Shown piece after piece: positions 19,288-27,745 of a DNA stretch of 64,000 bases (the first letter of the stretch is position 1; every line of letters begins with the position of its first letter). Source of the stretch: Candidatus Aminicenantes bacterium (GTDB taxonomy: Bacteria > Acidobacteriota > Aminicenantia > UBA2199). The stretch is from positions 209,195 to 273,194 of the forward strand of contig CAVYQZ010000009.1 of NCBI GenBank assembly GCA_963770755.1, read 5' to 3'. The notes beneath the pieces are model-generated. The model was not told the DNA's origin, did not search any database, and was given only the letters and a program-made list of their open reading frames with translations. A program made the translations under genes and the position numbers.

Positions 19288-20417
19288 CCATGGAAAAAGT
19301 CAACGAGAACATCCTGGCCCAGATCAAGAAACTGGGCGCCTTCGACCTGGAAGCCTGCTACAGCTGCGGCACATGCTCGGCCATCTGCCCCCTCTCCAAG
19401 GACAGCGCCTCCTTCCCGCGACGCATGATCCGCTACTCGCTGCTCGGCCTCGAAAAACGGATACTGGCTGCCCCCGAGCCCTGGCTTTGCTATTACTGCG
19501 GCGAATGCAGCGAGACCTGCCCGCGCCAGGCCGAACCCGCCGCCCTGATGATGGCCCTGCGCCGTTTTGCCACCCGCCGGTATGCGCTGGGCCGCGCCGC
19601 CGACGCAGTTTATTCGTCAATGGCCTCGATTTTTACCTGGGTCCTGCTCAGCGCCGCGTCACTCGTTTTTGTTTTGCTGGCCTACAACCCCGAAATGAAC
19701 CGCAAACAGGTCGACTTCATGTCATTTATCGGCCTCGAGCCCATCCACTTGGCCGGCATCGCGCTGGTGGCCTTCATTGTCCTGGTCGCGGCGGCGCAAA
19801 TATGGATCCTGTACCGCAATCTGCGCACCTGCCTCCCGGTCCGAAGGGACCGGGACGTCGGGACTCAAACGGCCCCTCCAGCCGGCGCGGCCGTTCTCTC
19901 GGCGAAAAAGGCGGCCGTTTCGGCCTGGAAAGCCCTGAGCGAATCGGTCGTTCAGAAACGGTTTGCGGAATGCGACAACGGCCGGCCGCGCCGCCTGGCG
20001 CATATGGCCGTCTCCTGGGGTTTCATGGGCATGTTCCTGGCCACGGTCATCATCGGCGCCGTCGATTTCCACTGGCTGCCCTGGCCGCGCTGGGTTTCGC
20101 TCGTGATCGGTTCAGTCTCCGGTGTGCTGACCACGCTCGGCCTGGCCTACTATATTTACCTGCGCCTCAGCCGCAAGACGGCGGTGGGCAAATATTCCCA
20201 TCCCAGCGACTGGGCCTTCCTCATCCTGCTGGCCCTGTCGGTGCTCAGCGGCTTCGTCATGGTCCTGTTCCGCTTCCTGAACCTGCCCATGGCCGCTTAC
20301 GGCACATTCGCTTTCCACCTGGTCGTGGTTTTCGACCTGCTGGTGACGTTCCCCTTCAGCAAATTCGCCCACGTGCTCTACCGGCCGGTCGCACTTTGGA
20401 TCGCCGGATTGAAATAA
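19284..20417 (+). CDS. QmoC-like subunit: HdrC-type 2x[4Fe-4S] ferredoxin fused to an HdrE/NarI-like membrane cytochrome-b domain
   Basis: N-terminal CYSCGTCSAICP and CYYCGECSETCP motifs, followed by ~6 TM helices with His residues. Confidence 0.7.
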   Translation: MTMEKVNENILAQIKKLGAFDLEACYSCGTCSAICPLSKDSASFPRRMIRYSLLGLEKRILAAPEPWLCYYCGECSETCPRQAEPAALMMALRRFATRRYALGRAADAVYSSMASIFTWVLLSAASLVFVLLAYNPEMNRKQVDFMSFIGLEPIHLAGIALVAFIVLVAAAQIWILYRNLRTCLPVRRDRDVGTQTAPPAGAAVLSAKKAAVSAWKALSESVVQKRFAECDNGRPRRLAHMAVSWGFMGMFLATVIIGAVDFHWLPWPRWVSLVIGSVSGVLTTLGLAYYIYLRLSRKTAVGKYSHPSDWAFLILLALSVLSGFVMVLFRFLNLPMAAYGTFAFHLVVVFDLLVTFPFSKFAHVLYRPVALWIAGLK

Positions 20418-20446
20418 CGCAAAAAAGTAATTCGAGGAGGAAATAA

Positions 20447-20929
20447 ATGAGCGACACGCAAGTTCCCGAAAAAGTCAGTCTGATCGTCATGAGCGGTGAC
20501 ATGGACAAGGTGATGGGCGCCTTCATCATCGCCAACGGCGCCGCCGCCTTCGACATGCAGGTGACCATGTTCTTCACTTTCTGGGGCTTGAAGGCCATCC
20601 AGAAAGGCAGCCGCACCGGCAAGGGCATCATGGGCAAAATGCTGGGCGTCATGAACCGCGGCGGCATCGAGCGCCTCTCCCCCAGCAAGCTTAACATGGG
20701 CGGAATGGGCCGCTGGATGTTCAAGAAGATGATGAAAAAACACAACGTAACGCCTTTGGCAGAACTGCTGCGCCAGGCCCAGCAACAAGGCGTCCAGCTC
20801 ATCGCCTGCGAGATGAGCATGAACGTCATGGAAATCGCCAAGGAAGACCTGATCGATGGAGTCAAGGTCGGCGGCGTGGCCACGTTCATCGCTGAAGCTT
20901 CCGAATCCAAGATCCAGCTGTTTATTTAA
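20447..20929 (+). CDS. DsrE/DsrF-like sulfur-relay family protein
   Basis: 160 aa; DsrE-fold pattern with the conserved Cys in QLIACEMS. Confidence 0.65.
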   Translation: MSDTQVPEKVSLIVMSGDMDKVMGAFIIANGAAAFDMQVTMFFTFWGLKAIQKGSRTGKGIMGKMLGVMNRGGIERLSPSKLNMGGMGRWMFKKMMKKHNVTPLAELLRQAQQQGVQLIACEMSMNVMEIAKEDLIDGVKVGGVATFIAEASESKIQLFI

Positions 20930-20947
20930 TTCAATCATAACGGCTCA

Positions 20948-21781
20948 TTGCTTTATTCCGAACCGCTGTTCCGTCCGCCGGCCGAAGCCACGTCGCTGAT
21001 CGTCCAGGTCAGCGAAGGCTGCGCTTACAACCGCTGCCGGTTCTGTCCGATGTACAAGGGCAAAAAATTTCGGGTCCGCGCTCAAGAGGAGATCGATCGC
21101 CATCTGGACAATCTGAGCAGGGCGTTCGGGACCGCCCAGAACCGTGTGTTCCTGGCCGACGGCGACGCCCTGGTGCTGCCCACGGCGGATTTGCTGACCG
21201 TCATGGCGCAGGTCCGGCGCTCATTCCCGACCGTGCGCCGTTTCGGCGTTTACGGTTCGGTCTTTTCACTGGCTGACAAGACCCGCAACGATCTACTTGA
21301 ACTCAAGCAGGCCGGACTGCGCACGGTGTACCTGGGACTGGAGTCAGGCGACGAAGAGACGCTGCGACGGATGGAAAAATACATGGAAGCGCGGCGCATG
21401 GCCGAACTCTGCCGCCGCGTGGTCGCGGCCGGCCTCAACCTGTCGGTGATGGTCGTCATCGGCCTGGGCGGCCGCTCGCGCTCCCGGCTGCACGCCGAAG
21501 CCTCGGCAAGGCTGGTCAACGAGATCGGCCCCAGCCACACCTCGCTGCTGAACCTGCTGCTCGCCCACACCCCACTGGCGGAAAATCCTGATTACAATGC
21601 CTTCGGCATTGAAGACTATTTTTCCGAAACAGCGGCCTTTGTCTCGCGCATCGAATGCAGGACTATTTTTCGCGCCAACCACGCCTCCAACCCGGTGGCG
21701 CTGGAAGGGGTGCTGCCACGCGATCGCGATAGTATCCTAAGCCAGCTGGAGATGGCCTTATCTCACTATCGCGATGCGTAA
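20948..21781 (+). CDS. Radical SAM domain protein, function unknown
   Basis: CAYNRCRFC (Cx3Cx2C) cluster motif near the N-terminus. Confidence 0.75.
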   Translation: MLYSEPLFRPPAEATSLIVQVSEGCAYNRCRFCPMYKGKKFRVRAQEEIDRHLDNLSRAFGTAQNRVFLADGDALVLPTADLLTVMAQVRRSFPTVRRFGVYGSVFSLADKTRNDLLELKQAGLRTVYLGLESGDEETLRRMEKYMEARRMAELCRRVVAAGLNLSVMVVIGLGGRSRSRLHAEASARLVNEIGPSHTSLLNLLLAHTPLAENPDYNAFGIEDYFSETAAFVSRIECRTIFRANHASNPVALEGVLPRDRDSILSQLEMALSHYRDA

Positions 21782-21783
21782 CA

Positions 21784-22075
21784 TACTTTCACTATGATTT
21801 CAACTAGTCTCTAAGTTGTTGAAATCATCTAGTGAAAGTATACCATCACTTGATGTTTTCAGCGGCTTTCTATGCATGCTGAAAACATAGTGATGGTAGA
21901 CGAATCAGATCCGCCTAAGTCGGCGGATGATTTGTGCTGCCCCTCTCTTTGGAAGAGAGGGGTTGGGGTGAGTTATGTGTTCTCCAACTCATTTCCCGGG
22001 CAGGGTCTTTCCATCACTGGATGTTTTTGACGGATTGATTGTATTGTCAAAAACATAGTGCTGGTAGACAAATCA
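21784..22075. repeat. Cluster of REP/BIME-like bulged hairpin elements: hairpins at 21784-21840 (inverted orientation), 21843-21896 and 22010-22064; each of the latter two is followed by GGTAGAC(G/A)AATCAG; three short GC hairpins lie between
   Basis: Imperfect ~55-nt palindromes whose arms carry CACTNGATG on one side and CATAGTG on the other, leaving an asymmetric 2-nt bulge. Hairpins 1b and 1c differ by compensatory stem changes (CAGC/GCTG versus TGAC/GTCA). Confidence 0.8.
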
Positions 22076-22113
22076 GCTAGCGCAACTGCCGCTTGCCGTG
22101 AAATGATTGTGCA

Positions 22114-22491
22114 TTATTTACGGGCGGCGGTCCAGGTGCCCGAGACCCCGCCGGTGCTGGTAAAGGTGCCGGAAATGGTGTCCTCGCTGCTGAACGAACC
22201 GCTCAGCGTCTCGGAGCCGCCGGGAACGCTGCCGATGAGCTGGATGGTCACATTCTTTTCCGAGACGGTGTAGGAACCGCTGCCGTTGTGGCCGAGATTG
22301 TCGATATACTGGGCGGAGCCGGTTTCCACCGACCCACTACAGGTCAGGACGGCAGTGCCGTTGCCATCGCCGCTGATTGCGAAGCTGACATCCCAGGTTC
22401 CGGAAATAAAATAATCCCCACCGGCCAGGCAGCCGGAGGTGCTGCCAAGCAGCCAGGCCAACAGGCCCCCAATCAGAAATGCGTGCTTCAT
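22114..22491 (-). CDS. Small secreted Gly/Ser/Thr-rich lipoprotein
   Basis: Signal peptide with a lipobox-like STSGC; no domain match. Confidence 0.5.
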   Translation of the reverse strand: MKHAFLIGGLLAWLLGSTSGCLAGGDYFISGTWDVSFAISGDGNGTAVLTCSGSVETGSAQYIDNLGHNGSGSYTVSEKNVTIQLIGSVPGGSETLSGSFSSEDTISGTFTSTGGVSGTWTAARK

Positions 22492-22579
22492 GCCCTTTAC
22501 CTCCTCGAGTTGATTGCTTTCTTTTATATTGACAGAAATGAGTACCGGAAGTCAACCGTGCCCTTGCCGGCCATCACCT

Positions 22580-22786
22580 TTAATAATTCTCAGATACTAC
22601 CGGTTCGGCGAGAAGTTTTTTGGCGACCTCTTGAGCTTCTTCATAAGACGCTGCTTCGAATGGTTTCTCAAGGAAACGCTTAACATTCGGAGACGTACGG
22701 GCTTCATTCAGATAAGTATTGTCCGGGTACCATTCTTTCACTTGAATGTTGCCGTATTTATGCAAATATGCCCACCAAAGTTTCAT
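22580..22786 (-). CDS. Hypothetical small protein
   Basis: 68-aa ORF in an AT-rich segment; weak. Confidence 0.3.
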   Translation of the reverse strand: MKLWWAYLHKYGNIQVKEWYPDNTYLNEARTSPNVKRFLEKPFEAASYEEAQEVAKKLLAEPVVSENY

Positions 22787-22800
22787 GCTGATCCTCCTTT

Positions 22801-23220
22801 TTAGCGATTCGAGCTATTTCTCTTGTTTCTTGATATTTCCCAAAATTCCCTGGGCGTTAGAATTGCTATTGATTCGATTTTTTTCAATACCAAAAGATCC
22901 TTGTCACCAGTGATAATGAAATCGACTCCGGCGTTAACAGCCAAGCCCAATATTTTATCATCTTCACGATCACGGCATACATTTTTCTTTAATTTTTTTG
23001 CATCAGCAATCAGACAAAACTCTTTCAAGAACGATAAAATCGCCTGAATTTTATCCTGAGGCATTTTGAGTTTCTTCGAAAAGTTTTTTTCAAGTTCCCC
23101 GAGAATATGATCGCTTAAAACAATGGTATGCTGCTGCAAACAAAATTCGAAAATGGAATCGGCCAAACCATGAGTCGCGAATGCCGAAAAAATAACGTTG
23201 GTATCAAAAACAAGTTTCAT
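22801..23220 (-). CDS. PIN-domain toxin (VapC-like)
   Basis: MKLVFDTNVIFSA...D-rich PIN acidic residues; overlaps the upstream RHH gene. Confidence 0.75.
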   Translation of the reverse strand: MKLVFDTNVIFSAFATHGLADSIFEFCLQQHTIVLSDHILGELEKNFSKKLKMPQDKIQAILSFLKEFCLIADAKKLKKNVCRDREDDKILGLAVNAGVDFIITGDKDLLVLKKIESIAILTPREFWEISRNKRNSSNR

Positions 23221-23435
23221 GAAATATCTTTGTAAACATCCTCGTCAGTCAATATCCCCCGGGCTTCGGCAAAAGGCAAAACCATATTTCTGAGCTGGCG
23301 GAAGCGGTAGACGGCAATGTATTTTTGCAACGACTCCCTGACCAGATCGCTCAGTGGTTTGCCTTCTTTTTTGCTTATGGCCTTGAGATTTTTCCTTATA
23401 TCATCGGGAATTCTTATACTAATTGACTGGTTCAT
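23217..23435 (-). CDS. RHH/CopG-type antitoxin (VapB-like)
   Basis: 72 aa; RHH N-terminus (ISIRIPDDIRKNLKAISKKEGKPLSDLVRESL); 4-nt overlap with the PIN gene. Confidence 0.7.
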   Translation of the reverse strand: MNQSISIRIPDDIRKNLKAISKKEGKPLSDLVRESLQKYIAVYRFRQLRNMVLPFAEARGILTDEDVYKDIS

Positions 23436-23525
23436 GCCATGCCTCCACGTAATACATTGTAATGCGTGTTTTTTGAAATGTCAACTTCGCCAAGGTGAGG
23501 GATTGATTTATATATCCCCAAGGGT

Positions 23526-23640
23526 ACCAACATATGTTTTTGGCAATATCGGTAAGCACCAAAAACATCTAGTGTTGGTATAGCCATACTAGATGGTTTC
23601 AGCGACTAATAGACTTGCTGAAACCATAGTATGGCTATAT
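23526..23640. repeat. Two bulged hairpin elements of the same family as 21784-22075 (23526-23580 and 23584-23640)
   Basis: GCCATACTAGATGGTTTCAGC...GCTGAAACCATAGTATGGC shows the same CTAGATG/CATAG asymmetry and the same TTTCAGC/GCTGAAA inner stem as hairpin 21843-21896. Confidence 0.75.
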
Positions 23641-23648
23641 AATTATTC

Positions 23649-26378
23649 ATGCACTTCAGCACCAGATTGCCGGTCGATGACTTTAGGGAGCGGATCGAAA
23701 GCGAAATCGCCACCCACCCGGTGTTGGTCCTGACCGCCGAGACCGGCGCCGGCAAATCGACCCGCGTCCCCACCTGGCTGTGGCAGGCCGGTGTCAAGGT
23801 CCACGTCACTCAGCCGCGGCGTATCGCCGCCCGCTCGCTGTCCAACTACCTGGCCCGTGTTTGTAATGTGCGCTGGGGCCAGGAGATCGGTTTTCAGACC
23901 GGCCTGGACAGCAACCGCTCGTCGAAAACAACTCTCCTTTACCTGACCGACGGCGTGCAAATGGTCCAGGAGATCCAGGGCAAACGGGAATACGACGTGC
24001 TGATTCTGGACGAGATCCACGAATGGAACCTCAACCAGGAAGTGCTGGTCGGCCTGGTCAAAAAAAACCTGGACAGCGGCTATTACCAGCGCAGCGGCAA
24101 GCGGGTGCTGATCATGAGCGCCACCCTGAAAGCCAAGCAGATTTCGACCTTCCTGAACCACGCCCCGGTGATCACCATTCCCGGCCGCGGCTTCCCGGTC
24201 GTCTGCCAGCAGCGCCACCCCTGTTTTCTCCTGCCTGACACTGCCAACCTCCTGGAAACGGGCCATAACGTGCTGCTGTTCCAGCCCGGGAAGCAGGAAA
24301 TCGAAGAAACCATGCAAAACCTGAAGGACCTGCTGGAGCACGACAAGCAGCAGGCGGTCATCCTGCCCCTGCATTCCGAATTGTCCATCAGCGAGCAGAC
24401 CAAGGTTTTTAAAAACTATCCGCTGCCCAAAGCCATCGTGGCCACCGACATCGCCCAGACCAGCCTGACCATCGACGATATCGACGCGGTCATCGACAGC
24501 GGCATCAAAAAGGAAGTTCGACTGGTCTCGGGCATTGAGGGCCTCTATCCCACCGAAATCTCCACCTCAGAATGCCGGCAGCGCGCCGGCCGCGCCGGCC
24601 GGGTGAAAAAAGGCGTGTACATTCTATGCTCGGAGCGCGGCATGAAAGAACGCAGCGATTTCCCCGAGCCGGAAATCCGCCGCCTCAACCTGGAAAGCGT
24701 GGTACTGCGCATGTGCAAGTGGGGCCTGGCGCCGTTGGAGTTCAATTTTTTTCACCGCCCCAATCGCAGCCTGATCCTCAAGGCCATCCAGAGCCTGAAA
24801 AATTTCGGTGCCCTGAGCCCGGAAGACAAGGTTACGGCCGACGGCCGCCGGATGGCTGAACTGCCCTTGGCGGTGCGCAGCGCGCGGCTGCTGCTCGAAG
24901 CTGAAAAAGGCGGCACCCGGGTCGTCGACCGGGCCCTGAAAACCATCGCCATCTTCGAAACCCGGGGCATCGTCAGCAAGGAATTCGCGGGTGGATGCTA
25001 TTCGCGCTCGCCGTACAAGTCCGACCTGATCAATCAGCTTGACATATGGGAAAATCCTAAAGACAACGCCCGGGTCATCTCGCGCAAGAAAACGGCCCTG
25101 GCCCGGGAGATTTACCTGGAACTTAAAAAACGGCTGGCTTTGCCGGCAATCAAAGGTCCCTGGTCCGACCGGGACCAAAAGCATCTTTTCCGGGCCGTTT
25201 TATCAGCATTTTGCGACGGCGTTTATTTCAAGGGCGACGGTATTTACTGGCGCGAAAAGGAAGAAAGGCAGCTCGAACGCACATCGATTCTGAATGAAAT
25301 CAAACCGGAAATGGCCGTGGCCTTGCCTTTCGACCTGGTCATCAACCGCGAAGATCAGAAAACCGGCAACAAGGAGGAAAAATATATCCCGCTGCTGACT
25401 TTCGCCTCGGAGCTTTCGCTGAAGCAGCTTGAAGAACTCAAACCTTTCAGCTATGATAAACGGCGATCCATCGTCCTGAAGGAAGATAAGATCAGCGTCG
25501 ATGAACAGTTTTTTTTCGGCGGCAAGCTCATTAAAACCATGCCCGCCGCTCCCGATTGGACGAATCCCGACGAAAAGCATCACTTGCTGACGCTGGCCCT
25601 GCAATGGTTCGCCGACAACTTCCAGTGGCTGCCCTGCCGCGGCGAAATCGAAAAAAACCGGGCCTGGTTCAAAGAGGCGGCCGCCGTTCTGCAGGAAAAA
25701 TTGCCTCCTTTTGACCATGCCTTGCGTGAATTCCTCTATCGCCAATTGCGCCGCAGTTTGAAAATCGACGACTTGCGCTTTTTTTTCCAATTCCACCCCG
25801 CCCTGCAGCGCATCACCCTCAACCATTTGCTGCCCTACAGCTGGTTGAAAAAATTGAAGGCCGTGCGCTGGCCCGGCCGGCTGATGATCAAGGACATGGA
25901 AATCCCCCTGACCTATATCAACCAGAAGCCGTATCTGACCCTGAGTTACGAACAGTTCCATCGCGTACAGAAGGATGAAATCACCCTGCCCAGCGGCGAG
26001 CAAGCCGGATTTTTACTGCAGGGTCTGCGCTTTGAAAACTGGGCCGCGGCCGTGAGCCATTACAACGATTACCTGAAGAACGAAATTTTCTGCCGCAAGT
26101 GGCAGAATGAGAAAAAAAGCATCGAGATCAACGATATCGTCGACCTGCCGTTTCCATTGCCTTTCCAGGGCGGCAACGGCAAGGAAAACGTGCCTTTCGA
26201 GTTCTATTCGGTCCCGACCGTGGAGAACGGCCAGGTTTTCCTGGTGCACTTCCCTACCCTGGAACAGGCCAACGCCTCCTTCCTGCCCCTGGCGGCGCAA
26301 TGGCGGGAACTGAAAGCCAGGTGCAAGAAGGCCGCCCTGGACAATGTTTTCCGCGGCAAGGGCTGGACCGTCAAATGA
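23649..26378 (+). CDS. hrpB: DEAH-box ATP-dependent RNA helicase (HrpB/HrpA family)
   Basis: Motif I TAETGAGKST, motif II LILDEIHE, SAT, QRAGRAGR, and the HA2 region. Confidence 0.85.
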   Translation: MHFSTRLPVDDFRERIESEIATHPVLVLTAETGAGKSTRVPTWLWQAGVKVHVTQPRRIAARSLSNYLARVCNVRWGQEIGFQTGLDSNRSSKTTLLYLTDGVQMVQEIQGKREYDVLILDEIHEWNLNQEVLVGLVKKNLDSGYYQRSGKRVLIMSATLKAKQISTFLNHAPVITIPGRGFPVVCQQRHPCFLLPDTANLLETGHNVLLFQPGKQEIEETMQNLKDLLEHDKQQAVILPLHSELSISEQTKVFKNYPLPKAIVATDIAQTSLTIDDIDAVIDSGIKKEVRLVSGIEGLYPTEISTSECRQRAGRAGRVKKGVYILCSERGMKERSDFPEPEIRRLNLESVVLRMCKWGLAPLEFNFFHRPNRSLILKAIQSLKNFGALSPEDKVTADGRRMAELPLAVRSARLLLEAEKGGTRVVDRALKTIAIFETRGIVSKEFAGGCYSRSPYKSDLINQLDIWENPKDNARVISRKKTALAREIYLELKKRLALPAIKGPWSDRDQKHLFRAVLSAFCDGVYFKGDGIYWREKEERQLERTSILNEIKPEMAVALPFDLVINREDQKTGNKEEKYIPLLTFASELSLKQLEELKPFSYDKRRSIVLKEDKISVDEQFFFGGKLIKTMPAAPDWTNPDEKHHLLTLALQWFADNFQWLPCRGEIEKNRAWFKEAAAVLQEKLPPFDHALREFLYRQLRRSLKIDDLRFFFQFHPALQRITLNHLLPYSWLKKLKAVRWPGRLMIKDMEIPLTYINQKPYLTLSYEQFHRVQKDEITLPSGEQAGFLLQGLRFENWAAAVSHYNDYLKNEIFCRKWQNEKKSIEINDIVDLPFPLPFQGGNGKENVPFEFYSVPTVENGQVFLVHFPTLEQANASFLPLAAQWRELKARCKKAALDNVFRGKGWTVK

Positions 26379-27667
26379 CCGCCTTGGCTGGGGCTGTCGT
26401 CAATGAGAAGGCGCTGCAAAGGCGCGTCAAGGACCATGTCATCGGCAGCCGCCACGAGTTTTTTGCCGTGGTTCATCCGGGTTTTGAAGCGGCGGCCGGA
26501 CGGGAACTGCGCGACCTGGGCATCAGAGACATCCAGTCCCCGACCACGGGCGGCATCACCTTTGCGGCGAAGCTGAACGACGGCTACCGGGTGAATTTGG
26601 CTTGCGGCACGATCAGCCGCCTGCTGCTGCGCCTGGGCCATTTCAAAGCCCAAAGCTTCAGTGAATTCAACGAAAAAATGGCCGCTTTGCCCTGGGAGCT
26701 GTATCTTAGTGACAAGACCGTTGTCCGCTTTACCGTCAGCGCCGGCCGCTCCCGCTTATGGCACAGCGGCCGCCTGGCCGCGGAAAGCCTGGCGGCCGTC
26801 ACAGCCAGGCTGGCACTATACGGCCGGCAGGTTTTTCATGCCGCGCCAGGGTCCGCTGCGGCCGACGGCCCTGAACAGGCTGTTTTCATTCGCTTCGACC
26901 GCGACCGCTGCCAGGTCAGCCTCGACAGCAGCGGCGAACTCCTGTACAAGCGCGGCTACGACAAGTACAGCGCCGCGGCACCGCTCAGGGAAACCCTGGC
27001 CTGCGCCATTCTGAAAACCGCGGTTATCGAGCGCTACCAGGTTCTGCTCGACCCTTTCTGCGGCTCGGGCACCTTCGGACTGGAAGCCGGGCTGATCTTT
27101 TCGGGACGGCCCGCCAACCTGAACCGGTCTTTCGCCTTTGAGAACTGGCCTTCGTTCCGCCCGGCCGCCTACGCGCACCTTAAGGCGCAATGGGAGATTG
27201 AGTGCAGACAGCGCATGCAGCCGGCAATGAAAAAAATATACTGCTCCGACATCGCGGCCAGGGCTGTGCGCACCACGACCCGCAATATGGAGGTCATGGG
27301 ACTGGGTTCATTGCTCCAGATCAGTCACGGCGATTTTTTCAAACTGCCCCGGCCCGAAACAGACCCGGCCGAGGTGCTGCTGGTCCTGAACCCGCCTTAC
27401 GGCAACCGCCTGGGGAGCCGCGACGACACCGTCACGCTCTACCGCCGCATCGGGGCCAAGATCCGCGGCGATTTTGCCGGCTGCGGCTATGCCGTCATCG
27501 TGCCGGGACTGGAATTGGAAAAAGTCCTTTCCCTGCCTTACGACAAAAAAATCCTCTTCCGCAACGGCGGCATCCCGGTATCGGTTCTGATTCATCACAG
27601 CAAATCAATCATTGACAAGAAAGAAAAAGATGTAGGGGCGCGGTTCTCGCGCCCAGGGCTGTCATAA
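26375..27667 (+). CDS. THUMP-domain class I SAM-dependent RNA methyltransferase (RlmL/Trm14-like, COG0116)
   Basis: DPFCGSGT and LNPPYGNRLG motifs; ATGA start/stop overlap with the helicase gene. Confidence 0.8.
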   Translation: MTALAGAVVNEKALQRRVKDHVIGSRHEFFAVVHPGFEAAAGRELRDLGIRDIQSPTTGGITFAAKLNDGYRVNLACGTISRLLLRLGHFKAQSFSEFNEKMAALPWELYLSDKTVVRFTVSAGRSRLWHSGRLAAESLAAVTARLALYGRQVFHAAPGSAAADGPEQAVFIRFDRDRCQVSLDSSGELLYKRGYDKYSAAAPLRETLACAILKTAVIERYQVLLDPFCGSGTFGLEAGLIFSGRPANLNRSFAFENWPSFRPAAYAHLKAQWEIECRQRMQPAMKKIYCSDIAARAVRTTTRNMEVMGLGSLLQISHGDFFKLPRPETDPAEVLLVLNPPYGNRLGSRDDTVTLYRRIGAKIRGDFAGCGYAVIVPGLELEKVLSLPYDKKILFRNGGIPVSVLIHHSKSIIDKKEKDVGARFSRPGLS

Positions 27668-27745
27668 TGCTACGAGGGGCGGGAAAACCCCACCCCTACA
27701 AAAGAATATTTCATCAAAACACGATCTTATGTTATATTGCGACAA

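Noticed and set aside
21843-21896. Reading the hairpins as box C/D (k-turn) small RNAs because of UGAUG…CUGA
   Set aside because: Apart from the 2-nt bulge the arms are fully Watson-Crick paired. They lack the tandem sheared G·A pairs and the box spacing of a k-turn.
21784-22075. Possibility that the hairpin clusters are a CRISPR array
   Set aside because: The repeats are inverted palindromes with variable sequence, not identical direct repeats separated by unique spacers, and no cas genes are nearby.
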